Origin: Phenylobacterium aquaticum
GTDB taxonomy: Bacteria; Pseudomonadota; Alphaproteobacteria; Caulobacterales; Caulobacteraceae
Reading direction: 5' to 3'
DNA: 64,000 nt
Assembly: GCA_947378305.1 (NCBI GenBank)
Contig: CANCJJ010000013.1
Location: 10,097-74,096, forward strand
Shown: positions 1 to 9,859 of the stretch, piece after piece
Numbering within the stretch: the first letter of the stretch is position 1
Layout: each line of letters begins with the position of its first letter
Translations under genes and position numbers: made by a program
Notes under the pieces: generated by a model
Seen by the model: only the letters and a program-made list of their open reading frames with translations
Told to the model about the DNA's origin: nothing
Database searches by the model: none

Positions 1-510
1 GGGATCGCGTGGGACCTGCGCCGGTCCCAGCCCTATGAGTGCTATGCCGATCTCGAATTTGATGTCCCTCTTGGGGTCAATGGCGACTGCTATGACCGGT
101 ATCTCTGCCGGATGCAGGAGATGCGGGAAAGCATCCGGATCATTCTGCAGTGTGTTGACCGGCTGAAGTCTACGCCCGGTCCGGTCATGGCCACCGACAA
201 CAAGGTTGTTCCACCGCGGCGTGGTGAGATGAAGCGCTCGATGGAGGCCTTGATCCATCACTTCAAGCTCTACACCGAAGGCTTTCACACGCCCGAGGGT
301 GAGGTCTATGCTTGTGTAGAGGCCCCCAAGGGCGAGTTTGGTGTCTATCTGGTCAGTGACGGCACAAATCGTCCTTATCGCTGCAAGATACGTGCGCCGG
401 GCTATCCGCATCTCGGGGCCATGGACTGGATGGCCAAGGGGCACATGCTTGCCGATGTCGCCGCCATAATCGGATCCCTCGACATCGTTTTTGGTGAGGT
501 GGACCGATGA
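1..510 (+). CDS. nuoD: NADH-quinone oxidoreductase subunit D, C-terminal part (5' end outside window)
   Basis: Frame 1 is open from base 1 ([20 protein letters not shown]...). It has the conserved NuoD/49-kDa tail ...[39 protein letters not shown] and is followed by nuoE-N in canonical order. Confidence 0.9.
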   Translation, partial: GIAWDLRRSQPYECYADLEFDVPLGVNGDCYDRYLCRMQEMRESIRIILQCVDRLKSTPGPVMATDNKVVPPRRGEMKRSMEALIHHFKLYTEGFHTPEGEVYACVEAPKGEFGVYLVSDGTNRPYRCKIRAPGYPHLGAMDWMAKGHMLADVAAIIGSLDIVFGEVDR

Positions 511-857
511 GCGCGCCGGTTTGCATCAAGCCGTTTGACGTCGTTGAGGCTCAATTTGTGGCCTATAACGACCACGACCTCGATGGTCATTGCGCCATGT
601 TTGCGGATGACATTGTTGTCGCGGACCTAAATGGCACGGTCACGATCCAGGGCATTGCGGCCTATCGCGCGAAATATGCGCAGGTCTTTGCTGATTTCCC
701 TCAGAACAAGGCTGAGTTGCTGGCCCGAATTGTCCTGGGCAACCATGTCATTGATCATGAGCGCGTTCAGCGGGTTTCCGGCGGGGAGACCTTTGAAGTC
801 GCAGCGATCTACACCGTTTCGGACGCGAAGATCGTCCGCGTCGATTTTGTGAAGTGA
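507..857 (+). CDS. small NTF2/SnoaL-like fold protein embedded between nuoD and nuoE
   Basis: 116-aa ORF whose ATG overlaps the nuoD stop (ATGA 507-510). Host-like codon bias. The sequence pattern ([11 protein letters not shown]...F..D.VV.DL.G....G..A....Y..VF..FP......I..GN.V.DHE.V...) resembles the NTF2-like cone fold. The family call is by eye only. Confidence 0.6.
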   Translation: MSAPVCIKPFDVVEAQFVAYNDHDLDGHCAMFADDIVVADLNGTVTIQGIAAYRAKYAQVFADFPQNKAELLARIVLGNHVIDHERVQRVSGGETFEVAAIYTVSDAKIVRVDFVK

Positions 858-867
858 GGGCCGCACA

Positions 868-1557
868 GTGAGTGTTCGCCGCCTGGCCAGTCAACAGCCT
901 GCAAACTTCGCCTTCAGCCCTGATAGCCTTAAGGCCGTAAAGACCTGGATTGCCAAGTTCCCCGATGGACGGCAGCAATCTGCGGTCATTCCCTTGCTTT
1001 GGGTTGTTCAAAAGCAGGAGGGCTGGGTTTCCGAGCCTGCACTGCGTGTCGTTGCCGAGACACTCAACATGCCGGTGATCCGGGTGTTTGAGGTCGCCAC
1101 GTTCTACACCATGTTCATGCTGGAGCCCGTTGGGTCTCATGCTTTGGTTCAGGTTTGTGGGACGACACCCTGCATGCTGCGGGGCGCCAATGACCTTAAG
1201 GCCCTATGCCAGCGAAAGTTTGGGGATCGAGAACACCTCAGTGCAGACGGTAAGGTTTACTGGCAGGAAGTTGAATGCCTGGGGGCCTGTTCGAACGCGC
1301 CCATGGTTGCCATCAACGACTATTATTACGAAGACCTCACGCCGGAGTCTTTTGAGACCATTCTGGATGCGTTCATTGCAGGTAAACCGCCCGCTCCAGG
1401 GTCAGCCATAGGTCGCGTGGCCTCTTCACCGTTAGGCGGGGCTACGACCTTGCTGGACCCGACCCTCTATGATGGATCAGCTGCCAAGCCGATCAAGTTG
1501 CTGCCAAATGCTGAACCAAAGGCGAAGCCCAAGGCAAAAAAAGAGCCGTCCGAATGA
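868..1557 (+). CDS. nuoE: NADH-quinone oxidoreductase subunit E (24-kDa, 2Fe-2S)
   Basis: GTG start. Cys motifs [11 protein letters not shown] and [11 protein letters not shown] (cluster N1a ligands). Lys/Pro-rich C-terminal tail ([15 protein letters not shown]). Canonical operon position. Confidence 0.9.
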   Translation: MSVRRLASQQPANFAFSPDSLKAVKTWIAKFPDGRQQSAVIPLLWVVQKQEGWVSEPALRVVAETLNMPVIRVFEVATFYTMFMLEPVGSHALVQVCGTTPCMLRGANDLKALCQRKFGDREHLSADGKVYWQEVECLGACSNAPMVAINDYYYEDLTPESFETILDAFIAGKPPAPGSAIGRVASSPLGGATTLLDPTLYDGSAAKPIKLLPNAEPKAKPKAKKEPSE

Positions 1558-1618
1558 TTGGTCGGATTTCGAACAAAGCGCGGCCTGGGCCGCATCAGGC
1601 AGGGGGCCTCGTTTAACC

Positions 1619-2935
1619 GTGGTCGGAATTCTCGAAGACAAGGACCGTATCTTTACAAATATATACGGTCTTCAGGACTGGGGGCTGGATGGTGCCAAGC
1701 GTCGTGGGTGCTGGAATGCGACCCGGGACATGCTTGCCCAGACGCCAGAATGGATTTGTGATCAGGTTAAGGCTTCGGGCCTTCGCGGTCGGGGCGGTGC
1801 GGGTTTTAGCACGGGTCTGAAATGGACCTTCATGCCCAAGCAAGAGTCAGAGCGTCCGCACTATCTGGTTGTAAACGCAGATGAATCTGAGCCTGGAACC
1901 TGTAAGGACCGCGAAATTCTCAGGAATGACCCGCACCTGCTGATCGAGGGCTGCCTGATCGCCAGTTACGCCATCAGGGCCCACACCTGCTACATCTATA
2001 TCCGTGGTGAGTATGTCCATGAACGTGAGCGGCTAGAGGCTGCCATCAAGCAGGCCTATGAGGCCAAGCTCATCGGTAAGGGTAATATTCATGGCTGGGA
2101 CTTCGACCTGTTCGTCACCCATGGGGGCGGGGCCTATATCTGCGGCGACGAAACCGCGCTCATGGAAAGCCTTGAGGGCAAGAAAGGCCAACCACGCCTG
2201 AAGCCACCTTTCCCCGCCGGGGCCGGTATTTATGGCTGCCCAACCACCATCAATAACGTCGAATCTATTGCCAATGTCGGCACCATCCTGCGGCGTGGCG
2301 CCAGCTGGTTTGCAGGCTTTGGCCGGCCGAACAATACAGGCACCAAGCTCATGGCCATTTCAGGCCATGTGAATGCGCCCTGCGTGGTCGAGGAGACCAT
2401 GTCCATCCCGCTCCGGCAGTTGATCGAAGATCACTGTGGCGGTGTTCGGGGCGGTTGGGGCAATCTGAAGGCAATCATTCCGGGCGGGTCCTCTGTTCGG
2501 ATGATCCCGGCCCACGAGGCCGAGACGGCCCTAATGGATTTCGACTCCCTTTCAGCCCTTAAGTCTGGCCTCGGGACTGCAGCCGTCATTGTTATGGACC
2601 AGTCTACGGACATCGTCCGGGCTGTGGCGCGGTTGTCTTATTTCTACAAGCACGAGAGCTGTGGTCAGTGCACGCCTTGCCGTGAAGGAACCGGCTGGAT
2701 GTGGCGGGTCATGGAGCGCATGGCGACCGGCGAGGCCGAGATGCGCGAGATCGACATGCTCCTGGAGGTCGCCAGCCAGGTTGAAGGTCATACGATCTGC
2801 GGCCTCGGCGATGCGGCGGCCTGGCCGATCCAGGGCCTCTTCCGTCACTTCCGCCATGAAGTTGAAGAGCGCATCACCAACTATCGGACCGGAAAACCTC
2901 ACGTGCAGGGCGCAAGCCTGCAGGCGGCGGAGTGA
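1619..2935 (+). CDS. nuoF: NADH-quinone oxidoreductase subunit F (51-kDa, FMN/NADH site)
   Basis: Motifs [13 protein letters not shown] (FMN/NADH) and [12 protein letters not shown] (N3 4Fe-4S). The ORF is open from 1469 but that part overlaps nuoE. The conserved N-terminus ([13 protein letters not shown]) begins right after GTG 1619, so the exact start is uncertain. Confidence 0.9.
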   Translation: MVGILEDKDRIFTNIYGLQDWGLDGAKRRGCWNATRDMLAQTPEWICDQVKASGLRGRGGAGFSTGLKWTFMPKQESERPHYLVVNADESEPGTCKDREILRNDPHLLIEGCLIASYAIRAHTCYIYIRGEYVHERERLEAAIKQAYEAKLIGKGNIHGWDFDLFVTHGGGAYICGDETALMESLEGKKGQPRLKPPFPAGAGIYGCPTTINNVESIANVGTILRRGASWFAGFGRPNNTGTKLMAISGHVNAPCVVEETMSIPLRQLIEDHCGGVRGGWGNLKAIIPGGSSVRMIPAHEAETALMDFDSLSALKSGLGTAAVIVMDQSTDIVRAVARLSYFYKHESCGQCTPCREGTGWMWRVMERMATGEAEMREIDMLLEVASQVEGHTICGLGDAAAWPIQGLFRHFRHEVEERITNYRTGKPHVQGASLQAAE

Positions 2936-2943
2936 TTTGAACC

Positions 2944-4986
2944 ATGCCTAAAGCCAAGGTCAACGGCGTCGAGGTCGAGTTCGAACCCGGCATGACAGTT
3001 CTGCAGGTCGCGGAGCTGGCGGGTGAAGAAATTCCGCGTTTCTGCTATCATGAGCGGCTGTCCATAGCTGGCAACTGCCGCATGTGCCTTGTCGAGGTAA
3101 AGCCTGGTCCGCCCAAGCCTCAGGCGTCCTGTGCCTTGCCCGCTGCGGACAACCAGGAGATTTTTACCAACACACCCATGGTCAAAAAGGCCCGGGAAGG
3201 GGTGATGGAATTTCTCCTGATCAATCACCCCCTGGATTGCCCGATCTGTGACCAGGGCGGAGAGTGCGACCTGCAGGATCAGGCCATGGGCTATGGTCGT
3301 GACGACAGCCGCTTCGCGGAGAACAAGCGCGCCGTGGAAGAGAAATCCATGGGGCCGCTGATCAAGACGGTCATGACCCGGTGCATTCAATGTACCCGAT
3401 GCGTGCGTTTTATCACCGAAGTTGCGGGCGTTCCGGATATCGGGTTGATTTCCCGCGGCGAAGACGTCGAAATCACCACATATTTGGGCAAGGCCGTTGC
3501 CTCTGAGCTCTCTGCCAATGTCATCGACCTTTGCCCGGTTGGTGCCCTGACTTCCAAGCCCTACGCCTTCAACGCCCGGCCATGGGAGCTGAAGAAGACT
3601 GAAAGCGTCGACGTGATGGACGCACTTGGATCGGCCATTCGCGTGGATAGCCGTGGGCCCGCGGTTCTTCGGGTGCTCCCGCGCCTCAACGAAGAGATTA
3701 ACGAAGAGTGGATTAGCGACAAGACGCGTTATGCCGTCGATGGCCTCTCGCGTCAGCGTCTGGATACCCCCTTTATCCGCCTGAATGGCAAGTTACAGCC
3801 GGCGACCTGGGCCGAGGCTCTGGACCGCGTTGCAAGCAAGCTGACATCAACCCCCGCCGAGCGGATAGGTGTCATTGCTGGCGACCTTCAGGATGCTGAA
3901 TCCCTTAAGGCTACCAAAGACTTGTTTGAGGGTCTTAAGGTCAAGAATCTGGATTGTCGGCAGGACGGGATGGCCCTGGGTGATGGGCCCCGCGAAAGTT
4001 GGCTCTTTAATTCTACCATCGCGGGCCTTGAGACCGCCGACGTCATTCTTCTGGTTGGCACCAATCCGCGCCTTGAGGCCCCGGTGATGAATGCCCGTCT
4101 GCGCAAGCGCTGGCTTGCGGGTGAACTTAAGGTGGGCGTCATTGGAGACCAGGCCGACCTGACCTATGGCTATGACTATGTCGGCGCGGGCCCAGACAGT
4201 CTTGCAGGGCTTACAAGGTCACGTTCGGAGTTCGCAAAGGCGCTCAAGGCGGCCAAGTCACCGGCCATAATCCTGGGGACTGGGGCTCTGGCACGGACAG
4301 ATGGGGCTGCAATTGCACGAACAGCGGCTTCAGTGGCTGGTCACTTCAAGATGGCCTGGAATGTTCTGCATTCAGCGGCGGCGCGGGTTGCGGGTCTGGA
4401 CATGGGCTTTGTGCCCGCTTCGGGTGGCCTGTCGGCCAGCCAGATGGTGGCTAAACGCGGCGTAGACGTCCTTTTCCTGCTCGGTGCTGACGAGATCGAC
4501 GTGTCAGGCTCCGATGCCTTCAAGGTTTATCTTGGCACCCATGGTGATGCCGGGGCGCACTCTGCGGATGTGATCCTGCCAGGTGCGGCCTATACCGAAA
4601 AAGACGGGCTCTATGTGAACACGGAAGGCCGGGTTCAAATGGGCCAGCGCGCGGTGTTCCCGAAGGGGGAAGCGCGGGAAGACTGGTCGATCATGCGGGC
4701 CTTGTCGGCTCGCCTTGGGGCACCCTTGCCCTATGACACCTTGAGCCAGCTCAGGGCGCGTCTCTTCGCCGATCATCCGACGTTTGGGCAGGTCGATTAT
4801 GCACCGGGATCTTCCAGCCCTGATGTCGATTTTTCGGAGATCGGAACGGAAGGAAAGCTGTCCGACCTGGCTCTGACTAGCTCCATCAAGGCCTTCCACC
4901 TGACCAATCCGGTGGCCAGGGCAAGTGTGACCATGGCCGAATGCGCCGCAGAAGTTGCGGGTTCAGTCAAGATGGCGGCGGAGTAG
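2944..4986 (+). CDS. nuoG: NADH-quinone oxidoreductase subunit G (75-kDa)
   Basis: CYHERLSIAGNCRMCLVEV (2Fe-2S), HPLDCPICDQGGECDLQD and RCIQCTRCVRF (4Fe-4S clusters). 680 aa. Confidence 0.95.
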   Translation: MPKAKVNGVEVEFEPGMTVLQVAELAGEEIPRFCYHERLSIAGNCRMCLVEVKPGPPKPQASCALPAADNQEIFTNTPMVKKAREGVMEFLLINHPLDCPICDQGGECDLQDQAMGYGRDDSRFAENKRAVEEKSMGPLIKTVMTRCIQCTRCVRFITEVAGVPDIGLISRGEDVEITTYLGKAVASELSANVIDLCPVGALTSKPYAFNARPWELKKTESVDVMDALGSAIRVDSRGPAVLRVLPRLNEEINEEWISDKTRYAVDGLSRQRLDTPFIRLNGKLQPATWAEALDRVASKLTSTPAERIGVIAGDLQDAESLKATKDLFEGLKVKNLDCRQDGMALGDGPRESWLFNSTIAGLETADVILLVGTNPRLEAPVMNARLRKRWLAGELKVGVIGDQADLTYGYDYVGAGPDSLAGLTRSRSEFAKALKAAKSPAIILGTGALARTDGAAIARTAASVAGHFKMAWNVLHSAAARVAGLDMGFVPASGGLSASQMVAKRGVDVLFLLGADEIDVSGSDAFKVYLGTHGDAGAHSADVILPGAAYTEKDGLYVNTEGRVQMGQRAVFPKGEAREDWSIMRALSARLGAPLPYDTLSQLRARLFADHPTFGQVDYAPGSSSPDVDFSEIGTEGKLSDLALTSSIKAFHLTNPVARASVTMAECAAEVAGSVKMAAE

Positions 4987-4989
4987 GCC

Positions 4990-6069
4990 ATGGAAACTGC
5001 AGTCAATTTCTGGGCGACCCCGACCGGCTGGACGATCATTTCGGTCGCGCAGATTCTTGCCGTGCTTGTAGGTCTCCTGGTGTCGTTAGCCTTTGTTATG
5101 TATGCGGATCGCAAGATATGGGCCGGCGTTCAGATGCGGAAGGGCCCCAATGTCGTTGGCCCCTTTGGTCTGCTTCAGTCCTTTGCCGACCTGATCAAGT
5201 TCGTGCTGAAGGAAATCGTCATCCCCGACGGGGCTGACAAGTTCGTCTTTCTGCTCGCCCCAGTCCTGACCTTTGCCCTGGCCATGGTTGGCTGGGCGGT
5301 CATTCCGCTGGCCCCGGGCTGGGTGGTGTCGAATATCAATGTCGGGGTGCTCTACCTCTTCGCCATTTCGTCCCTTGGCGTCTATGGGATCATCATGGGA
5401 GGCTGGGCATCCAACTCCAAATACCCGTTTCTGGGGAGCCTGAGGTCGGCCGCTCAGATGGTGAGTTACGAGGTCTCCATCGGCTTTGTGATCATCACGG
5501 TCATTCTTCTGTCAGGGACCATGAACCTGGCCCAGATCGTTGAGAAACAGGCGGGCGGCTTCTGGAACTGGAATTTCCTTGGCGGCGGGCTGAGAAATCT
5601 ACCGATTGCCGTGGTCATGTTCCCAATGTCGGTGATCTTTTTCATATCTGCATTGGCCGAGACCAATCGTCCGCCCTTCGATCTCCCCGAGGCTGAGTCC
5701 GAACTCGTGGCCGGGTATCAGGTCGAATATTCCTCGTCTCCCTACCTGCTCTTCATGATCGGCGAGCTCGCGAATGTGATCTTGATGTGTGCCCTGATCT
5801 CCATCCTGTTTTTTGGCGGATGGCAGGCACCGCTTGACCTGGCATTTGTGCATGCCTGGGGGCCAACAGCGCAGAGCTTTTATGGCTTTATGTGGCTGTT
5901 TTTGAAGATTATTTTCTTCTTTTTTCTGATCTCAATGACCAAGGCGATTGTTCCTCGGTATCGGTATGACCAGCTCATGCGTTTGGGATGGAAGGTCTTC
6001 CTGCCGATTTCGCTGGTGGCCGTCGTGCTGGTCTCCGCCTGGCGTATCCTGGGGCCATTGCACTCATGA
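4990..6069 (+). CDS. nuoH: NADH-quinone oxidoreductase subunit H
   Basis: Polytopic membrane protein with the conserved NuoH/ND1 segments [14 protein letters not shown] and [27 protein letters not shown]. Confidence 0.95.
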   Translation: METAVNFWATPTGWTIISVAQILAVLVGLLVSLAFVMYADRKIWAGVQMRKGPNVVGPFGLLQSFADLIKFVLKEIVIPDGADKFVFLLAPVLTFALAMVGWAVIPLAPGWVVSNINVGVLYLFAISSLGVYGIIMGGWASNSKYPFLGSLRSAAQMVSYEVSIGFVIITVILLSGTMNLAQIVEKQAGGFWNWNFLGGGLRNLPIAVVMFPMSVIFFISALAETNRPPFDLPEAESELVAGYQVEYSSSPYLLFMIGELANVILMCALISILFFGGWQAPLDLAFVHAWGPTAQSFYGFMWLFLKIIFFFFLISMTKAIVPRYRYDQLMRLGWKVFLPISLVAVVLVSAWRILGPLHS

Positions 6070-6260
6070 ACCCTTTCTTTCCCCTCGCCCTGGCTGTCGT
6101 CCTGAGTGGTTGCGCCACCGCTGGGCCGAATGGCGATGTGGCCACCTATGATACGCTCAAGGTGGCCCGCGCGGCCTGCGAGCAGAAAAACAAGGTGCTT
6201 GTCCTCCGTCCCGACGGCAATTCCGAGAGGATGTCGGCCTATGAATGCAGGAGCAAGTAA
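6066..6260 (+). CDS. putative small secreted lipoprotein between nuoH and nuoI
   Basis: ATG 6066 overlaps the nuoH stop (ATGA). 64 aa: [16 protein letters not shown]... with lipobox L-S-G-C and two more Cys in the mature part. GC3-rich codons like the neighbours. No basic residue in the n-region lowers confidence. Confidence 0.5.
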   Translation: MNPFFPLALAVVLSGCATAGPNGDVATYDTLKVARAACEQKNKVLVLRPDGNSERMSAYECRSK

Positions 6261-6266
6261 GCGGTC

Positions 6267-6758
6267 ATGCTGAAGCGCATTTCACAAGCTGTGCGAGGGG
6301 CGGCCCTCTCAGACTTCGTCGGAGCCTTCTGGCTGGCCATGGTCTATATGATCCGGCCCAAGTCGACCGTGATTTATCCTAATGAACGGGGTCCCCAGTC
6401 CCCGCGCTTTCGCGGTGAACACGCCCTGCGCCGGTATCCCAATGGGGAAGAACGCTGCATTGCCTGCAAGCTGTGCGAAGCGATTTGCCCAGCCCAGGCC
6501 ATTACGATTGAAGCTGAGCCCCGCGAAGACGGCAGTCGCCGGACGACCCGTTACGACATCGACATGGTCAAGTGTATCTACTGCGGTCTGTGCCAGGAGG
6601 CTTGCCCCGTGGATGCCATTGTCGAGGGTCCAAACGTCGAGTTTGCGGTCGAGACCCGCGAGGAGCTCTATTACGACAAGGAACGCCTGCTCGATAATGG
6701 GGATCGTTGGGAGCGGGAAATCGCTAAGAATCTAGAACTGGATGCGCCCTACCGGTAA
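6267..6758 (+). CDS. nuoI: NADH-quinone oxidoreductase subunit I (2x 4Fe-4S ferredoxin)
   Basis: [12 protein letters not shown] and [12 protein letters not shown] motifs. 163 aa. Confidence 0.95.
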   Translation: MLKRISQAVRGAALSDFVGAFWLAMVYMIRPKSTVIYPNERGPQSPRFRGEHALRRYPNGEERCIACKLCEAICPAQAITIEAEPREDGSRRTTRYDIDMVKCIYCGLCQEACPVDAIVEGPNVEFAVETREELYYDKERLLDNGDRWEREIAKNLELDAPYR

Positions 6759-6794
6759 GGCCCGGTCGCCGTGTCTGCATGAATTGAAACCCTT

Positions 6795-6822
6795 CTCGTG
6801 TTTCCGCCTCGGCGGACACGAG
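6795..6822 (+). other. intercistronic stem-loop in the nuoI-nuoJ spacer
   Basis: ctcgtgtTTccgcc-tc-ggcggacacgag: 12 complementary pairs with a 2-nt bulge and no downstream U-tract. It lies in the only sizeable non-coding gap (89 nt) of the nuo operon. Confidence 0.4.
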
Positions 6823-6847
6823 CGGCTCAAAGAGAGGGACTGAAAGA

Positions 6848-7465
6848 GTGGCCTTGCAGGCGATTGCTTTCTATCTGCTAGCGACAGTTACGCTGGTGTC
6901 TGGGTTCTGCGTGGTTTCGGCCCGCAACCCGGTGCATTCCGTATTGTTCTTGATCCTGGCCTTCTTCTCGGCAGCAGGGCTCTTTGTCCTTCTTGGCGCA
7001 GAGTTTCTCGCCATGCTCCTGGTGATTGTCTATGTCGGGGCCGTTGCGGTCCTGTTCCTGTTCGTCGTCATGATGCTGGATGTCGATTTCGCCGCGCTTC
7101 GGCAAGGTTTTGCAACCTACATGCCTCTGGGAGCAGGGGTTGCGGCGGTCCTAGCCTTTGAAATGATTGCGGTGTCCAGCGTCATTGCCACAAAGGGCGC
7201 GGGTGCCGCGCACGACAGCCCCATGGCCTCGGGGACTGAGCTTTCCAATGCAGAGACCATTGGTCGGGTGCTCTACACAGATTACATTTACTTTTTCCAG
7301 GCAGCCAGCCTGGTCCTGCTTGTTGCCATGATCGGGGCCATCGTCCTGACCCTGAGGCACAAGCCAGGGGTTCGGCGGCAGATCATTTCGGACCAGGTCG
7401 CCCGAACGCCAAAGACTGGCATGACAATTGTTAGCCCGGGGTCGGGCGAGGGGATTGGCGAATGA
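6848..7465 (+). CDS. nuoJ: NADH-quinone oxidoreductase subunit J
   Basis: GTG start, 205 aa, hydrophobic NuoJ/ND6-like N-terminus ([40 protein letters not shown]). Canonical operon position. Confidence 0.9.
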   Translation: MALQAIAFYLLATVTLVSGFCVVSARNPVHSVLFLILAFFSAAGLFVLLGAEFLAMLLVIVYVGAVAVLFLFVVMMLDVDFAALRQGFATYMPLGAGVAAVLAFEMIAVSSVIATKGAGAAHDSPMASGTELSNAETIGRVLYTDYIYFFQAASLVLLVAMIGAIVLTLRHKPGVRRQIISDQVARTPKTGMTIVSPGSGEGIGE

Positions 7466-7770
7466 CCATTGGGTTGGTGCATTACCTGGCGGTTGCGGCC
7501 GTGCTGTTCACCATCGGGGTGTTCGGCATTTTCGTTAACCGCAAGAACATCATCGTGATCCTGATGTCCGTCGAGCTGATCCTGCTGGCCGTGAACATCA
7601 ATCTGGTCACGTTTTCGGTCTATCTGCACAATGTGGTAGGACAGATCTTTGCCATGTTCGTCCTGACGGTGGCGGCCGCCGAGGCTGCAGTTGGCCTAGC
7701 GATCCTCGTGACCTTTTTCCGTAATCGCGGCGACATTGCTGTCGATGATGTCTCCGTGATGAAGGGCTGA
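7462..7770 (+). CDS. nuoK: NADH-quinone oxidoreductase subunit K
   Basis: 102 aa, 3 TM, conserved [16 protein letters not shown] and [13 protein letters not shown]. 4-nt overlap with nuoJ. Confidence 0.9.
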   Translation: MTIGLVHYLAVAAVLFTIGVFGIFVNRKNIIVILMSVELILLAVNINLVTFSVYLHNVVGQIFAMFVLTVAAAEAAVGLAILVTFFRNRGDIAVDDVSVMKG

Positions 7771-7781
7771 TTGGTAAGTTC

Positions 7782-9845
7782 ATGAACGCCCACGATCTTG
7801 TTTTCATAATTGTTTTCGTTCCCCTGATCGGGGCACTGACGGCTGGTCTTTTCGGCAAGGTCATCGGGCCGATTGCGTCTCAGACAGTCACAACGGGGCT
7901 GCTCCTTCTGTCCTGCGTGCTTTCATGGGTGGTGTTTGCCCAATGGGCCTGGGGCGGACTTGAGGCCTTCACGCAAACCCTGGCCCCCTTCATCCATGTC
8001 GGCCAATTCCAGTCCAACTGGTCGATCCGGATAGATGCCCTGTCTGCCGTAATGCTGATTGTCGTGACAACGGTTGCAGCCTTGGTGCACGTCTATAGCT
8101 GGGGATACATGGCCGAGGACGAGTCCCGGCCAAGGTTCTTTGCCTATCTGTCCTTGTTCACCTTCGCCATGTTGTCCCTGGTGACGGCCGCGGACTTTAT
8201 GCAGCTCTTCTTTGGCTGGGAGGGCGTGGGTCTTGCCAGCTATCTGCTGATCGGGTTCTGGCACCACAAGGACAGCGCAAACGCGGCGTCCATCAAGGCC
8301 TTTGTTGTCAACCGGGTCGGTGATTTTGGCTTTGCCCTCGGCATTATGACCGTCTTCTGGATGTTCGGAACCATCCAGTTCGCTGAGATTTTCCCGCGGG
8401 TTCACGAATTTGCCGGCAAGACCTGGATGTTTGCCGGTCATTCCTGGTCGGCCGTGGATCTGGCTTGTGGGCTTTTGTTCATCGGAGCCATGGGCAAGTC
8501 GGCCCAGTTCTTCCTGCACACCTGGTTGCCCGACGCCATGGAAGGGCCGACGCCTGTGTCTGCGCTCATCCATGCCGCCACTATGGTGACCGCGGGCGTC
8601 TATATGGTTTGTCTTCTGTCGCCCATGTTTGAATACGCCCCTGTGACCAAACAGGTCGTCACCCTGATCGGGGCGATTACAGCCCTCTTTGCGGCCACCG
8701 TTGGTCTGGCTCAAAACGACATCAAGCGCGTGATTGCCTATTCGACCTGCTCGCAGCTCGGCTATATGTTTTTTGCCGCAGGCGTCGGTGCCTATCAGGC
8801 CGCCATGTTCCACCTGTTTACCCATGCCTTCTTTAAGGCCTTGCTCTTCCTTGGGGCGGGCTCGGTGATCCATGGCATGCACCATGAGCAGGACATGCGG
8901 AAAATGGGCGGGCTCTGGAAATACCTGCCCGTAACCTATGCCGTCATGACGATTGGGACCCTGGCCATTACCGGCTTTGGTATCCCCGGTGTGGAACTTG
9001 GCTTTGCCGGATTCTATTCAAAGGACACGATTATCGAAGCGGCATTTGCGGCAGGGCGGCAGAGCGGCGGCGTTGCCTATTTCGCCTTCATCGTCAGCCT
9101 TTTCGCAGCGGGTCTGACGGCATTCTATTCCTGGCGTCTGGCCTTTATGACCTTCCATGGCACGCCCAAATGGGCAGCTGAGGCAGAGGGCCATGGTCAC
9201 GATGCCCATGCGGTCCACGATCACGGCCATGATGATGCTCACGATCATGACGCCCATGGCCATGGTCACGGCTCGCATACGCCCCACGAGAGCCCGGCCT
9301 CCATGCTGGTGCCGATCTTGCTCTTGGCGGTTGGGGCGGTCTTTGCCGGTTACGCCTTTGTCGAGAAGTTCGTTGGCGAGGGGCGTAATGAGTTTTGGCG
9401 TGGCGCGATCTTCAATGCGCCGACGAACAAGGTGCTTGAAATGGCACACCACAGCCCGGAATGGCTGGCCTGGGCCCCACTTACGGTTTCCATGATTGGC
9501 CTCGTTGCGGCGTGGTACGTCTACATCGCCCGTGAAGGAATGGGTGCGCGTATTGCCGCCAACCGGGGCCTCCTTTGGGGCTTCCTTTACAACAAGTGGT
9601 ATTTTGATGAGCTCTATGAGGCCACCATTGTGCGGGCAACGCGCCTGCTTGGGGACCTCTTCTGGAAAGTCGGTGATCAGAAGATCATTGATGGTCTCGG
9701 CCCGGATGGTGTTTCAGCGGTCTCCTATGAGGTGGGTCGCAGGACAGGTCGGCTACAGTCGGGATATGTCTATCACTACGCATTTGTGATGCTGCTCGGG
9801 GTTGCGGGGCTGCTGTCCTTCGCCCTTTGGGCCTGGCAGGCTTAG
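7782..9845 (+). CDS. nuoL: NADH-quinone oxidoreductase subunit L (antiporter-like)
   Basis: 687 aa. Mrp/ND5-type motifs ([50 protein letters not shown]). Contains a His/Asp-rich insert (see findings). Confidence 0.95.
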   Translation: MNAHDLVFIIVFVPLIGALTAGLFGKVIGPIASQTVTTGLLLLSCVLSWVVFAQWAWGGLEAFTQTLAPFIHVGQFQSNWSIRIDALSAVMLIVVTTVAALVHVYSWGYMAEDESRPRFFAYLSLFTFAMLSLVTAADFMQLFFGWEGVGLASYLLIGFWHHKDSANAASIKAFVVNRVGDFGFALGIMTVFWMFGTIQFAEIFPRVHEFAGKTWMFAGHSWSAVDLACGLLFIGAMGKSAQFFLHTWLPDAMEGPTPVSALIHAATMVTAGVYMVCLLSPMFEYAPVTKQVVTLIGAITALFAATVGLAQNDIKRVIAYSTCSQLGYMFFAAGVGAYQAAMFHLFTHAFFKALLFLGAGSVIHGMHHEQDMRKMGGLWKYLPVTYAVMTIGTLAITGFGIPGVELGFAGFYSKDTIIEAAFAAGRQSGGVAYFAFIVSLFAAGLTAFYSWRLAFMTFHGTPKWAAEAEGHGHDAHAVHDHGHDDAHDHDAHGHGHGSHTPHESPASMLVPILLLAVGAVFAGYAFVEKFVGEGRNEFWRGAIFNAPTNKVLEMAHHSPEWLAWAPLTVSMIGLVAAWYVYIAREGMGARIAANRGLLWGFLYNKWYFDELYEATIVRATRLLGDLFWKVGDQKIIDGLGPDGVSAVSYEVGRRTGRLQSGYVYHYAFVMLLGVAGLLSFALWAWQA

Positions 9846-9859
9846 GCGGGGGCGCACAG

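Noticed and set aside
1469-1618. N-terminal extension of the nuoF ORF. Analogous 5' extensions occur at 22453 (rpsB), 32118 (skp), 35114 (lpxI), 54223 (secG), 56480 (rpmF) and 57862 (enoyl-CoA hydratase).
   Set aside because: The extensions overlap the preceding gene or consist of non-conserved basic or Ser-rich sequence. The conserved protein N-termini begin at internal starts, several with good Shine-Dalgarno sequences.
2977-2988. GAGTTCGAACCC, resembling a tRNA T-arm/T-loop.
   Set aside because: It lies inside nuoG coding sequence (VEFEPG). No acceptor, D or anticodon arms surround it.
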